Source: Alphaproteobacteria bacterium (GTDB lineage Bacteria > Pseudomonadota > Alphaproteobacteria > JAGOMX01). Taken from it: 64,000 nucleotides of DNA. The stretch covers positions 18,082-82,081 of the forward strand of contig JBGSQK010000020.1 in NCBI GenBank assembly GCA_041738135.1, read 5' to 3'. Positions 47,805 through 58,938 of the stretch are shown one piece after another (the first letter of the stretch is position 1; each line of letters begins with the position of its first letter). The notes below the pieces were generated by a model that ran no database searches, was not told the origin of the DNA, and saw nothing but the letters and a program-made list of their open reading frames with translations. The translations under genes and the position numbers were made by a program.

Positions 47805-48561
47805 AGCAGCTTGTCTTAAGTGGTTAAATTCCATTGGTGATGATATTTTAATAGCCTCTTGTCCCAGCGATCTGGTAGCGGAACCTGTACAAACTATTAA
47901 GCGTAAAAGACCAGTGGCTGTCCATTCAATGTCCGCTTCCAGTATTCAAATATCGTCTTCTGTGCGTGAACTTGTAAAACAAGTAAACTCCTTGGCTGAA
48001 CTCAGGCAGTTAATGGAAAAATTCGATGGCTGCGAGTTGAAAAAAACCGCGAACAAGATGGTTTTTGGCGATGGTAACCCAGAATCAAAAATCATGCTCA
48101 TAGGAGAAGCTCCTGGCGCAGATGAGGATAAGATAGGTCTGCCTTTTGTGGGGGCCAGTGGTAAATTGCTCGATCAGATGCTTTCGTGCATCGGCCTTAC
48201 TCGTGCCAATTATTATATCACTAACATCATACCTTGGCGTCCACCAGGCAACCGGGATCCAACAGCTGAAGAACGGGAAATATGTTTGCCATTTGTTGAA
48301 CGGCGCATTGAGCTCATAAGGCCCAAAGTGATCGTCATGGTGGGTGGTGTCGCAGCGAAATCCTTACTGAATATTGCGACTGGAATCACTGGGATTAGGG
48401 GGCAATGGCAGCCCTACAAGACACCTGCTATGAGTCATGCCATAGATGCATTTGCTATTTATCATCCATCATATTTACTGCGATCGCCTGGGCAAAAGAG
48501 GATTGCTTGGAAGGATTTGTTGGTTTTAAAGCAGAAGCTAAATGAACTGGGCTTGCTTTAA
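47797..48561 (+). CDS. Uracil-DNA glycosylase, family 4 type
   Basis: GDGNPESKIMLIGEAPGADEDKIGLPFVGASGKLLDQML carries the GEAPG(xxE) motif with conserved F/G. It overlaps the aroK stop by 8 bp. Confidence 0.8.
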   Translation: MSKAACLKWLNSIGDDILIASCPSDLVAEPVQTIKRKRPVAVHSMSASSIQISSSVRELVKQVNSLAELRQLMEKFDGCELKKTANKMVFGDGNPESKIMLIGEAPGADEDKIGLPFVGASGKLLDQMLSCIGLTRANYYITNIIPWRPPGNRDPTAEEREICLPFVERRIELIRPKVIVMVGGVAAKSLLNIATGITGIRGQWQPYKTPAMSHAIDAFAIYHPSYLLRSPGQKRIAWKDLLVLKQKLNELGLL

Positions 48562-48563
48562 GA

Positions 48564-49589
48564 TTATGATTCTAAGAGTTTCTTCATCATTAATGTTTGT
48601 CTGTGCCATTGTTTTATAGGGATAGCTGGAATACCTCCTACTTTTTGCCCAGATTCTATATTTTTTGCAATCCCAGATTTTCCGGCTATAAATACATTGC
48701 TTCCTATTTTCAAATGATCAGCAACACCCGCTTGCCCGCCGATAAACACGTTGTCACCTATAACTGTATTCCCTGCAATGCCTACTTGGCTGACAAGGGT
48801 ACATCGTCTGCCGATCGCAACTCCGTGACCGATAGATACGTTGCTATAGATGCTTGTAAAATCTCCAATGACTGTGTCGCCAATGCTGCCCCTATCTATA
48901 ACAGTATTGGCTCCTACGTCAACGTTCTGACCCACAAATACACGACCAACTTGCGGTAAGGAAAAAGTGCCAGTTTTATCAGAATAGGATTCTAACGTGG
49001 ATTGACCTAGTTTGACACCCGTCGCAAGAGTTACCTTATCACTGATCAGGCAATGACTTAAATGGCAGTGCGCTCCGATACTACAGTATTGTCCAATTTG
49101 GACACCTTGCTCAATAATGCTATGGGGATGAATTTCTGTATTATCTTTGATAATAACATCTCGACCAATGATAACATAAGGAGCTATATGCACATTCTGG
49201 CCAATTTTGGCAGTTGGATGAATGCGGGCAGTCGGATCCTGATATTGAGGAAGTGTCTGTTTAGGATAGAATGCAGACAAAATTGTGGCATAATCCCTGA
49301 AGGGCGTGTCGGTAGGAATGCAGATAGTGTTTTGAGGAATACTCTTCATGAGGCCCTTGGGAATAATGCATATACCAGCCTTGGTATTACTAAGGAGCTC
49401 CTTATGCCGTGCCACATGAATCACTGCTATATGCTCTTGGGTTGCGAGCTCTATTTTTACTACATCCGTATATTTTTTTAAGGGATCATAGTTTGTAGGT
49501 AAAATGGACGGCACTTCCGAGCCTATGAGTTTGCATAGCTCCTCTAAAGTGAAAGGTCCTAAACGTTTATAAAATCTCGAATCTGCCAT
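48564..49589 (-). CDS. lpxD: UDP-3-O-(3-hydroxyacyl)glucosamine N-acyltransferase
   Basis: An N-terminal LpxD domain (MADSRFYKRLGPFTLEEL) is followed by a long left-handed beta-helix of hexapeptide repeats and a C-terminal helix. Confidence 0.85.
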   Translation of the reverse strand: MADSRFYKRLGPFTLEELCKLIGSEVPSILPTNYDPLKKYTDVVKIELATQEHIAVIHVARHKELLSNTKAGICIIPKGLMKSIPQNTICIPTDTPFRDYATILSAFYPKQTLPQYQDPTARIHPTAKIGQNVHIAPYVIIGRDVIIKDNTEIHPHSIIEQGVQIGQYCSIGAHCHLSHCLISDKVTLATGVKLGQSTLESYSDKTGTFSLPQVGRVFVGQNVDVGANTVIDRGSIGDTVIGDFTSIYSNVSIGHGVAIGRRCTLVSQVGIAGNTVIGDNVFIGGQAGVADHLKIGSNVFIAGKSGIAKNIESGQKVGGIPAIPIKQWHRQTLMMKKLLES

Positions 49590-49599
49590 TTCTTATACC

Positions 49600-52542
49600 T
49601 TAGACCGGGTCATGTACGATGACTTGGACAATTGCTTCAACTTGAACAATTGCTCCATTGTCGTGGCTTATGTAAGTATGATAATCGCCGGCTTGAGATC
49701 CTGCAGGGGGTGGTGCTGCAGCATCATTTAATTCCCAGTTTCCAGTACTCAAATTGACAATGTCGCTAGAATCGCCATGGAATATGATCGTATTATTGGT
49801 TGCTCCAATATTCAGTACATCAGATGCAGTGATAGAAACTGTATTTGCCAAGCCGTTGCTCATATCAATAGTTTCTATATTATTAATATTGGAAAATGTG
49901 ATCAGGCCGCTATCGTTCATCTGCAGGGTATCCATACCAGAGCCACCATCTATCAAAACATCCGTTGCATCGTAAACTATAGTGTCACTTCCTGAACCTG
50001 CACGAATAGTGTCGGCACCTGCCCCCCCATCAATGAAGTCATTGCCGCCGAGGCCATTGTCCGCACCTCCTGCATCACCATATATGGTGTCGTTTCCTGC
50101 ACCACCATAAATGGTATCATTGCCGCCATGTGCAGAACCTGCTAGATTTCCAGCCGTATCGCCATATATAGTGTCATTACCTGCATCACCATAAATAGTA
50201 TCGTTTCCTCCTTGAGAATTACCAGACATATTGCCTGCGGCATCGCCATAGATGATATCAGCTCCAGATCCGCCATGTATGTTGTCGTTGCCACCAACAG
50301 TGTTGTCAGCCATCGTGCCACCAGCATCTCCATAAATATTATCAGCAGCTGCACCACCATAAATCGTATCGTGACCGCCCAAAGCCGAACTGGACAAATT
50401 ACCACCCACATCACCGTATAGATTATTACCGGCTTTACCTCCAGCTCCGTCACCACCATGGATAATATCTGACCCCATTGTACCATTTGATATATTTCCA
50501 GAGGCGTCGCCATATACTATATCTGTGCCGGCTAAAGTATAAAAAGCTTGGTTTGTCGTGTTTCCTGTCATTGTATCGTTGCCGGATGTGCCAGTAGCTA
50601 CATCAAGGGTCTGCATGTTAAAGGTGTTCGAGACTTTTGCTCCCGAAGAATCGGTTGCAGTGACAGTTATATTAGCAGAGCTTGAATCTGAATATCCCGG
50701 CATTCCTGAAATAACACCTGTTTGAGAATCAATGGTGGCCCATGATGGTGCCCCGCTCATGGTATAAGTGAGAGAAGCACCCGCATCAACATCTGAGAAA
50801 AATGAAGAGACGTTATAGTTTACAGCCTGACCTTCTTCGCCAACAAATGCGGCAATCTGAGATACCGTTGGCGCGTCATTGGTATTGTTAACTGTGAGCT
50901 GGAAAGTATCTTGTACGGTTGAACCATGTGAGTCAGTAGCGACTACGGTGATGTTGGCAACTCCCACGTCGCCGTTGGCAGGCGTACCTGAAATGACGCC
51001 TGTGTTGGCATCAATGGTAACCCAAGCTGGAGTAACATTGGCCAAAGAATAGGTCAACGAATCGCCCACGTCTACATCCGCAAATTGCCCTGAGACATTG
51101 TAGTTCAATGCTGCATCTTCATTTACGGAAGTATCAGCAATGGGCGTGACCGTTGGGGCGTCATTGGTATTGTTCACTGTGATCTGGAAGGTATCTGTCA
51201 CAGTTGAGCCATGTGAGTCTGTGGCGATTATTGTTATGTTGGCAGATCCCACATCGCCGTTGCCTGGAGTTCCTGTAATCACGCCTGTGTTAGCATCAAT
51301 GGTGACCCAAGCTGGAGCACCATTAGCCAGGGAAAAGGTTAAATGATCGCCCGCGTCTATATCCGTAAAGTGTCCTGCCACATTGTAATGCAATGCTGCA
51401 TCCTCATTTATGGAAGTGTCGTTTATAGGGATTGCCGTCGGGGCATGCTCTACAGCATTTACGCCTATACTTAGGGAGCTCGAAATGCTTTGTCCTTGGC
51501 TATCTGTAGCTATTATAGTTAAATGCAAAATCCCTATATCACCGTGCCCCGGAGAACCAGTAAGAACACCGGTGGTTGCGTTCATACTTACCCAGGATGG
51601 CAGTGGGCTGCCGTCTTGAAGGATAGCGCTAAAGGTCAGATGATCACCTGTGTCTATATCACTAAAATAGCTATTTAAGTTCACGTTCAGGCCAGCTCCC
51701 TCATTAACGAATGTATCTGAGATAGCGATTACGGTTGGTGTATGGTTAGTATTAACTGGTGTGTCAATGAGCGTTTCTAAGTTTAACTGTGATTGTGAAG
51801 GGATTGCTACTTTTGTGGCAGTGATATGAAGACTAGAAATCCCCGATGGTTCACTGAAGGTGAATGTTGGTGTAATTGTTGTTTGGGCAACATCAAGCGA
51901 TTCATCATCCGTTTCAGTTAATAAGGCAGGATCTCCTGTTGTATGGTATTTACTTAGTACGGCGTTAAAGTCTTGTGATGTTTGCGTAGCAGCAGAATCC
52001 TGATTGCCCTCTGCATCAGCTGGATCCGTATGCGCATGGTTGGTTTCTTCAGATTGATTGTCATCACCTTCTTGGGTCTTTGCTTGTTCCGTATTACTCC
52101 TTATATCTGAAAATGCTAGCAAAGAAAGATTACTTACTGTTAGCTGAGAAATTGTGCTGTCCGCATTTATGACTGGATTGAGATTGTTTGCAGGGCCATT
52201 ACCCATATCTCGCAAATTGCCATTTGAAGAATTGAAATTAAAACGAGCAATATCTAAAATGTGGCTTTGAATATGAGTCGTACTTAATAGCATAATAGCG
52301 GCAAGGGCAGAGTCAGCTGAAATGGAGACATTGTTTTCATTTATAGCTATTGAGATTAGATCGGAAGAATTGTTTTGTGTGATCAGGTTTGAGTTATGTT
52401 CTTTTGAAGAATGATTATTTAATGTTGAACCATCATAGCTCATTGAGGTATTTAAAGAGACTATGGCAAATGACGAACTATTTCCATTATTATTTTGTTG
52501 CTTGCTCATAAATCTACCTGACTCAAGTTTCCTCGACTTCAT
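49600..52542 (-). CDS. Large exoprotein: Ser/Asn-rich N-terminus, four cadherin-like/Ig-like ~100-aa repeats, C-terminal RTX (GGxGxD) calcium-binding repeats
   Basis: Four tandem domains follow the pattern (D/H)APTV.PI.DT.VNEDAAL.YNV.G.F.D.D.GD.LT.SLAN..P.WVTIDANTGVI.GTP.NGDVG.ANIT..ATDSHGSTV. Then come at least 12 nonapeptide repeats (GGNDTIYGDAGNDTIYGD...). This architecture is typical of type-I-secreted adhesins. Confidence 0.75.
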   Translation of the reverse strand: MKSRKLESGRFMSKQQNNNGNSSSFAIVSLNTSMSYDGSTLNNHSSKEHNSNLITQNNSSDLISIAINENNVSISADSALAAIMLLSTTHIQSHILDIARFNFNSSNGNLRDMGNGPANNLNPVINADSTISQLTVSNLSLLAFSDIRSNTEQAKTQEGDDNQSEETNHAHTDPADAEGNQDSAATQTSQDFNAVLSKYHTTGDPALLTETDDESLDVAQTTITPTFTFSEPSGISSLHITATKVAIPSQSQLNLETLIDTPVNTNHTPTVIAISDTFVNEGAGLNVNLNSYFSDIDTGDHLTFSAILQDGSPLPSWVSMNATTGVLTGSPGHGDIGILHLTIIATDSQGQSISSSLSIGVNAVEHAPTAIPINDTSINEDAALHYNVAGHFTDIDAGDHLTFSLANGAPAWVTIDANTGVITGTPGNGDVGSANITIIATDSHGSTVTDTFQITVNNTNDAPTVTPIADTSVNEDAALNYNVSGQFADVDVGDSLTYSLANVTPAWVTIDANTGVISGTPANGDVGVANITVVATDSHGSTVQDTFQLTVNNTNDAPTVSQIAAFVGEEGQAVNYNVSSFFSDVDAGASLTYTMSGAPSWATIDSQTGVISGMPGYSDSSSANITVTATDSSGAKVSNTFNMQTLDVATGTSGNDTMTGNTTNQAFYTLAGTDIVYGDASGNISNGTMGSDIIHGGDGAGGKAGNNLYGDVGGNLSSSALGGHDTIYGGAAADNIYGDAGGTMADNTVGGNDNIHGGSGADIIYGDAAGNMSGNSQGGNDTIYGDAGNDTIYGDTAGNLAGSAHGGNDTIYGGAGNDTIYGDAGGADNGLGGNDFIDGGAGADTIRAGSGSDTIVYDATDVLIDGGSGMDTLQMNDSGLITFSNINNIETIDMSNGLANTVSITASDVLNIGATNNTIIFHGDSSDIVNLSTGNWELNDAAAPPPAGSQAGDYHTYISHDNGAIVQVEAIVQVIVHDPV

Positions 52543-52591
52543 TAGATCATGATAGTGTTGACAAAAAGTTAAAGCTTCCTGATTTATGAAT

Positions 52592-53980
52592 TTACAACAA
52601 TAGGAATGTGGCCAGTCCTAAAAATATGGAGTAACCGAGAACATCCGTTGTGGTGGTAAGCAAGGGTCCTGCGCTGATAGCCGGATCCATACCTAGTCTT
52701 CGCACCATGATTGGGACAAAAGTTCCCGCAAAACCTGCCCACATCATATTGCAAATCAATGCAATTCCTAAAACGATGCCAATGTATAAGTCGCCCAGCC
52801 AAACAGCGGCCACCGATCCAAGAATGAAGGCGAACAAAGCGCTCGTATTCATAGCCACTAGAATTTCCTTCGCTATGGATTTACGTGTATTGTTGCTATC
52901 TAGCTCCTTGGTTGCAAGGGCACGAACCGTAACCGTTATAGTTTGCATACCTGCATTACCGCCCATGGCCGCAACGATAACCATAAGAAAGGACAAAGCT
53001 ACTTTTTCCTCAATAGAATTTTGGAACTGCGAGATCACGCTTGAGGCAATGAGGGTGTTTATCAGGGTTACAAAAAGCCATCTAGACCTATGGTATGCCG
53101 TCTGAAATACGGGCGCGTGAAAGTCTGATTCAGACACACCAGCCAAGTGCATAATGTCGGCTTCCACTTCTTCTTCAATCACGTCAACGATGTCGTCCAC
53201 CGTGATCATACCTACGATTCGGCCATTGGGGCTAACCACAGGCGCTGAGACCAGTGCATAGTGCTGGAATATCCTGGCAACCTCTTCTTGCTCCATGGAT
53301 ACGGGAATGGATTTGATTTGCGTATCCATGACTTCGGCTATAGGACTATTCGTTGGAAACCTTAACAACGTGTCCAGCGATACAACGCCAATGGGATGGT
53401 GCTTTGGGTCCACCACGTACACATCATAAAAGGATTCGGGTAGCTCTTGAGATTCTCTTATGAAATCGATCACTTCCTGGATTGTCCAGAAGGTGGGCAC
53501 ACATACGATTTCTCGTTGCATTAAACGGCCGGCACTGGATTCAGGGAAGGTTAAAACTTCTTCGAGCATTGCGCGATTCTTCGCGGGAATTGCTCGCAAA
53601 ATTGCTCGCTGTTCTTGTCTGTCCAGATCCTCAAGCAGATGGATAGCATCGTCCGAGTCAAGCCCCGCTAAGGCAGCGGCAACGGCTCCTGGTCCTACCA
53701 ACCTTAACACTTGTTCTTTAACTTGGTCTTCAAGATGTGCTAATACGTCAGGATCAATTTGCGTCTTTATGCTGTCGACAAATTTTTCTCTGATATCATA
53801 ATCTAGGTTAGCAATAAGATCTGCTACGTCAGCCGCATGCAACGGCCCCGTGATTTCCTGAACACGTTCGATGTCGCCTTCTTCCAAAGCAATACGAATG
53901 TGTTCCACAAGTTCATTGGACACACCATAGGTGGGAGAAGTGTTATCCAGATCTAGCTTTTCTTGCTCATCCATTGTCAT
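52592..53980 (-). CDS. mgtE: Magnesium transporter MgtE
   Basis: An N-terminal MgtE-N domain, tandem CBS domains and a C-terminal five-TM channel domain with Mg-site Asp are present. Confidence 0.85.
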   Translation of the reverse strand: MTMDEQEKLDLDNTSPTYGVSNELVEHIRIALEEGDIERVQEITGPLHAADVADLIANLDYDIREKFVDSIKTQIDPDVLAHLEDQVKEQVLRLVGPGAVAAALAGLDSDDAIHLLEDLDRQEQRAILRAIPAKNRAMLEEVLTFPESSAGRLMQREIVCVPTFWTIQEVIDFIRESQELPESFYDVYVVDPKHHPIGVVSLDTLLRFPTNSPIAEVMDTQIKSIPVSMEQEEVARIFQHYALVSAPVVSPNGRIVGMITVDDIVDVIEEEVEADIMHLAGVSESDFHAPVFQTAYHRSRWLFVTLINTLIASSVISQFQNSIEEKVALSFLMVIVAAMGGNAGMQTITVTVRALATKELDSNNTRKSIAKEILVAMNTSALFAFILGSVAAVWLGDLYIGIVLGIALICNMMWAGFAGTFVPIMVRRLGMDPAISAGPLLTTTTDVLGYSIFLGLATFLLL

Positions 53981-53989
53981 AGCAAATCC

Positions 53990-56305
53990 TTAAGCCAAAG
54001 CACTGTTATCAAGCAAAACATCCGTTTGCTTTATTTGAGCATCAACCACAGCCATGGCTGTCATATTCACAATCCGTCTAACGGTCGCGGATGGCGTCAG
54101 TATATGCGCTGGATGATCGAGTCCCAGCATAATGGGTCCGATAGACTGTCCTTCTGCAATTGATTTCACCAGGTTAAAAGCAATATTTGCTGAGTCCATA
54201 TTGGGCATGACCAGCAAATTGGCTCGGCCCGTTAAAACGGAGTTTGGAAAGATCTTTTCTCTGATGATGGGATCGATAGCCGTATCTCCATGCATCTCCC
54301 CATCCACTTCAAGTTCTGGGGCCAGCTGCCTGATTATTCTTAAGGCTTCTTGCATCTTAAGAGCTGTTTCAGAGTCATTGGAACCAAAGTTAGAATGGGA
54401 CAACAAGGCAACTTTTGGAATTATATTGAATTGACGTATTTGCTCCGCTGCCAAGATAGTATTTTCTGCAATTTGCTCGGCTGTAGGATTACTGTTAACA
54501 TATGCATCGCAGAAGAAAAGTGTACCCATATGGGTAACTAGAGCTGATAGTGATGAGGTAATACTCACACCATCTTGCATACCTAAGATTGGCTTTATAT
54601 TTTTCAAATGGTTCTGAAACAAACCAATGGGCCCCGCTAGCATAGCATCCGCCTCTTTTCGATGAACCATTAATGCTGCGATAACACTAGTATTGGTGCG
54701 CACCACTGTTTTTGCGGCATCGGGCGTTACCCCTTTGCGTTCTAACAGGTTTAAGTAACATTGGGTATAAGCTTTGTATCGCGGATCGTCTTGAGGATCT
54801 ACCAGTATAAAATCCCTGTCCATCTTCAATCGCAGACCTAACTTACTTATGCGGTTGTTGATCACGTCTTTTCTGCCGATAAGAACTGGTTCGGCAAGCT
54901 TTTCATCTACAACCACTTGTACCGCGCGCAAGACTCTTTCGTCTTCAGCTTCAGCATAAGCTACGCGTTTAGGACTTGCCATGGCGCGGTTGAAGATTGG
55001 CTTCATCACCAAACCTGAACGAAAGACGAATTCGGATAGTTTCTGCCTATAGGCTACAAAATCTGTAATAGGTCTTGTGGCAACGCCCGTGTCCATAGCT
55101 GCTTTTGCAACGGCTGGCGGGATTTCAATGATAAGGCGCGGATCAAATGGTTTCGGGATAATGTAGTCAGGCCCAAATTGTAATTCTTGTCCGCCGTAGG
55201 CGACCGCCACGATATCAGAAGGTTCCGCTTGAGCAAGATCAGAGATAGCCTTTACGCAAGCCAACATCATTTCCATATTGATGCTGGTTGCGCCCACATC
55301 CAAAGCACCGCGGAAAATATAAGGGAAGCACAGTACATTGTTCACCTGGTTTGGATAATCCGAGCGGCCTGTAGCTATGATTGCATCCGGCCTTGCTTCT
55401 TTTGCTATGCGAGGATCAATTTCTGGATCTGGATTGGCAAGAGCTAAAATTATTGGATTTTCTGCCATTTTCTTGACCGATTCAGCTGTCATTACATTAC
55501 CGGCTGAAACGCCTAAAAACAAATCGGCACCCTCAATGGCATCATCTAATGTGCGACATTTTGTTTTAGTTTGGTATTTAGCTTTGAAAGCATCGATTTC
55601 GCCTTCACGGCCTTCATAAATCACGCCCTTTAAATCAACCATGATGATATTGCTTTTTTTCAGGCCCAAGGCAACAAGCAAATCAAGGCATGCAATAGCT
55701 GCAGCGCCGGCGCCAGAACATACAAGACGGACTTGCGTGATGTCTTTTTTAACAAGCTTCAAGCCATTGAGCATGGCTGCTGCAGTAATAATGGCTGTGC
55801 CATGCTGGTCATCGTGAAATACTGGAATTTTGAGTCGTTCTTTTAATTTTTCTTCCACATAAAAACACTCAGGCGCCTTGATATCTTCCAGGTTCATAGC
55901 GCCAAAGGTGGGCTCTAAACTGGCGATGATATCGACCAGCTTATCGGGATCATTTTCATTGATTTCAATGTCAAAAACATCAATATTGGCAAATTTTTTA
56001 AATAGGACTGCTTTGCCTTCCATGACAGGCTTGGAAGCCAACGGACCAATAGCGCCCAATCCCAATACGGCTGTGCCGTTGGTTATAACGCCTACTAAAT
56101 TGGCTCTGGATGTAAGACTGGCAACTTGCATCTCATCTTTTACGATTTCTTCGCAAGCAGCAGCAACCCCTGGTGAGTATGCCAAGGCCAGATCTCGCTG
56201 ATTCGCAAGTGGTTTGGTCGCTATGACTTCCAGTTTTCCTGGCGTGGGAAAACGATGATAGTCTAGCGCGCTCTGATAAATTTTACTGACCATGCCACAA
56301 TCCAT
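53990..56305 (-). CDS. maeB: NADP-dependent malic enzyme (malic enzyme + PTA-like C-terminal domain)
   Basis: [12 protein letters not shown]...[10 protein letters not shown] is the malic enzyme N-terminal signature. The 771-aa size and a phosphotransacetylase-like C-terminal half match MaeB. Confidence 0.85.
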   Translation of the reverse strand: MDCGMVSKIYQSALDYHRFPTPGKLEVIATKPLANQRDLALAYSPGVAAACEEIVKDEMQVASLTSRANLVGVITNGTAVLGLGAIGPLASKPVMEGKAVLFKKFANIDVFDIEINENDPDKLVDIIASLEPTFGAMNLEDIKAPECFYVEEKLKERLKIPVFHDDQHGTAIITAAAMLNGLKLVKKDITQVRLVCSGAGAAAIACLDLLVALGLKKSNIIMVDLKGVIYEGREGEIDAFKAKYQTKTKCRTLDDAIEGADLFLGVSAGNVMTAESVKKMAENPIILALANPDPEIDPRIAKEARPDAIIATGRSDYPNQVNNVLCFPYIFRGALDVGATSINMEMMLACVKAISDLAQAEPSDIVAVAYGGQELQFGPDYIIPKPFDPRLIIEIPPAVAKAAMDTGVATRPITDFVAYRQKLSEFVFRSGLVMKPIFNRAMASPKRVAYAEAEDERVLRAVQVVVDEKLAEPVLIGRKDVINNRISKLGLRLKMDRDFILVDPQDDPRYKAYTQCYLNLLERKGVTPDAAKTVVRTNTSVIAALMVHRKEADAMLAGPIGLFQNHLKNIKPILGMQDGVSITSSLSALVTHMGTLFFCDAYVNSNPTAEQIAENTILAAEQIRQFNIIPKVALLSHSNFGSNDSETALKMQEALRIIRQLAPELEVDGEMHGDTAIDPIIREKIFPNSVLTGRANLLVMPNMDSANIAFNLVKSIAEGQSIGPIMLGLDHPAHILTPSATVRRIVNMTAMAVVDAQIKQTDVLLDNSALA

Positions 56306-56473
56306 TTTCTATTGTGTGCCAATTATAGCACGTTGTGTGTCAAGCTAAATCAAAATTGTTAAAGTAGGGGCAAAAACAATTTTACTTTCTTCGCACAGAC
56401 TATTTACAAAATTGCTAGAAACAGCCATAACATGACAAGGCTGCTCATGAAGATGTCCTTGAGAACTTATCAT

Positions 56474-56613
56474 TCTCCCGTGTCTTCCCGGCCTTGAGCC
56501 GGTATACAGTTTAACTAAGCTTTGCGCAGCAACTTCAGTATAGAACATATGGAGTCGCTATCGCTCCAATTATGGCGCTGGATCCCGGCTCTAGGCAGGT
56601 AAGACACGGGAGA
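56474..56613. repeat. Palindromic element E with 13-bp perfect terminal inverted repeat (TCTCCCGTGTCTT...AAGACACGGGAGA)
   Basis: Its internal core (GAGTCGCTATCGC...GCGCTGGATCCCGGC) resembles the family A core (GAGCCGCTATCGCGGCACTCATTATCTGGATCCCACGC). It lies in the divergent maeB/gpt intergenic region. Confidence 0.5.
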
Positions 56614-56689
56614 ACGTAGAGTTTTTGAATATAAATGATATTTCATGAGGTGCCCCTGCATAACATTCAAAACCACGGGAGTCTGTGAG

Positions 56690-57175
56690 ATGCCGAATAA
56701 TTTAACCCTCAGCTGGAAACAGTTTGAAGAAGATACCGATCAACTCACGCAAAAATTACTTGCATTGGATCAGAAGTGGACTGCCATTGTGGCCATCGCC
56801 AGAGGCGGTCTGGTGCCTGCAGCCATCGTTTCAAACAGGCTCGACATTCATTGGGTCGACACCATTTGTATGAGTAGCTATGACGATGAAACATTTCAGC
56901 AACATCACATGGAAGTTTTAAAAGAATTCAAAAGCGAGAGTCAAAATATCTTAGTGATCGATGACTTAGTAGATTCTGGCAACACTTTTAAGCTCGTGCG
57001 TGAAATGCTACCTAACGCTCACTTTGCCTGCGTTTATGCAAAACCCGCTGGCATCCCAGCAACAGACACGTATTTCCGTGAAGTTGCAGGTGACACCTGG
57101 CTCGTCTTCCCATGGGAAGAACAGATTGAAGATCAATCATCCGTGGATTTAAGCGCAGCCAAGAACGCGCTTTGA
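56690..57175 (+). CDS. gpt: Xanthine-guanine phosphoribosyltransferase
   Basis: [17 protein letters not shown]...[34 protein letters not shown]...[35 protein letters not shown] is collinear with E. coli Gpt. The start is taken at MPNNLT. Confidence 0.8.
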   Translation: MPNNLTLSWKQFEEDTDQLTQKLLALDQKWTAIVAIARGGLVPAAIVSNRLDIHWVDTICMSSYDDETFQQHHMEVLKEFKSESQNILVIDDLVDSGNTFKLVREMLPNAHFACVYAKPAGIPATDTYFREVAGDTWLVFPWEEQIEDQSSVDLSAAKNAL

Positions 57176-58938
57176 GGGATTTCCACGTTACCGATGTTCC
57201 TCATGCGTTTTTTACCTTTTTTCTGCTTGTCTAGCAGCTTCCTTTTGCGGGAGACGTCTCCGCCATAGCATTTGGCGAGCACGTCTTTGCGCATGGCGGA
57301 GACGGTTTCGCGGGCTACGATTTTTCCGCCGATGGCGGCTTGGATGGCTATTTTAAATAGTTGTCTTGGGATTAGGTCTTTAAGTTTTGCGCATAGGATA
57401 CGACCGCGTTTTTCTGCTTGGGCGCGATTGACGATGATGGAGAGTGCGTCAACGGGCTCCGCATTGACCAAGATTGAAAGTTTAACCAATTCGCCTTCAC
57501 GGTATTCATCCACATGGTAGTCAAAGCTAGCATAGCCGCGACTGATGGATTTCAGGCGGTCATAGAAATCAAATACGATTTCGTTGAGTGGTAGTTTGTA
57601 TACAACCATGGCCCTACTGCCCACATAAGTGAGATCCACTTGCTCGCCACGTCGTTCCGTGCAGAGATTTAAAATGGGCCCTAGGTATTCGTCTGGTACC
57701 ATGATGGTGGCTCGTATCCATGGCTCTTCGATGTGATCGATGCGCACTACGTCAGGCATATCGGCTGGATTATGCAGCTCCAATAAATCGCCGTTGGTCA
57801 GATGAATTTTGTACACAACGCTTGGGGCTGTGGTAATCAAATCTAGGTCAAATTCGCGTTCTAGGCGTTCTTGAATGATTTCCAAGTGCAGCAAACCTAA
57901 AAAACCGCAACGGAAGCCAAAGCCTAAGGCGGCTGAGGTTTCGGGTTCGTAATGGAAGCTGGCATCATTTAGATGTAAGCGTTCGAGACTTTGTCTTAAG
58001 TGTTCAAATTCACCGGCATCGATAGGGAACAAACCACAGAACACAACCGGGACGCTTGGCTTGAAGCCGGCAAGGGCTTCGGTTGCGGGATTGCGATCAT
58101 CGGTGATGGTATCACCCACGTTACAATCGGCCACGTATTTAATGCTGGCGGTGATAAAGCCCACTTCGCCAGGGCCTAATTCATCGATGATTTCGCGCTT
58201 CGGTGTGAACACACCCACTTGCTCGATTTGGTAGCTAGCACCGGTGGACATCATGCGGATTTTCATGCCTTTGCGCATAATTCCGTCCTTAATTCGCACT
58301 AGAATGATAACGCCCAGATAAGCATCGTACCAGCTGTCAATCAGCAGTGCTTTTAATGTGGCATCTTCGACGCCTTGCGGCGGAGGAAGCAATGTGACGA
58401 TGGCTTCCAGCACATCTTCGATACCAATACCTGTTTTGGCGGAGATCATCAGAGCCTGGCTGGCATCAAGGCCGATCACATCTTCAATCTGTTGCTTGAT
58501 CCGATCAGGTTCCGCGGCGGGAAGATCGATCTTATTCAACACGGGGATAATTTCGTGATTGTTATCCAATGCCAGATACACGTTGGCAAGGGTTTGTGCT
58601 TCCACGCCTTGGCTGGCATCCACCACTAGCAAGGATCCTTCACATGCTGCTAAAGACCGGCTTACCTCGTAGGTAAAGTCCACGTGGCCAGGGGTGTCCA
58701 TCAGGTTTAGCTGATAGGTTTGCCCGTCATGCGCTTTGTAATTGAGGCGAACGGTTTGCGCCTTGATGGTAATACCGCGCTCACGCTCAATATCCATGGT
58801 ATCGAGCATCTGCGTTTGCAGTTCACGTTTTTCTATGGCACCACATTTCTCTATCAAGCGGTCGGCCAGCGTTGATTTTCCGTGATCGATATGAGCAATA
58901 ATCGAGAAATTTCTTATGCGCTCTAAAGGCATTGTCAT
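57133..58938 (-). CDS. lepA: Elongation factor 4 (LepA)
   Basis: [21 protein letters not shown] forms the G domain, followed by EF-G-like domains and the LepA-specific C-terminal domain. Confidence 0.9.
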   Translation of the reverse strand: MTMPLERIRNFSIIAHIDHGKSTLADRLIEKCGAIEKRELQTQMLDTMDIERERGITIKAQTVRLNYKAHDGQTYQLNLMDTPGHVDFTYEVSRSLAACEGSLLVVDASQGVEAQTLANVYLALDNNHEIIPVLNKIDLPAAEPDRIKQQIEDVIGLDASQALMISAKTGIGIEDVLEAIVTLLPPPQGVEDATLKALLIDSWYDAYLGVIILVRIKDGIMRKGMKIRMMSTGASYQIEQVGVFTPKREIIDELGPGEVGFITASIKYVADCNVGDTITDDRNPATEALAGFKPSVPVVFCGLFPIDAGEFEHLRQSLERLHLNDASFHYEPETSAALGFGFRCGFLGLLHLEIIQERLEREFDLDLITTAPSVVYKIHLTNGDLLELHNPADMPDVVRIDHIEEPWIRATIMVPDEYLGPILNLCTERRGEQVDLTYVGSRAMVVYKLPLNEIVFDFYDRLKSISRGYASFDYHVDEYREGELVKLSILVNAEPVDALSIIVNRAQAEKRGRILCAKLKDLIPRQLFKIAIQAAIGGKIVARETVSAMRKDVLAKCYGGDVSRKRKLLDKQKKGKKRMRNIGNVEIPQSAFLAALKSTDD

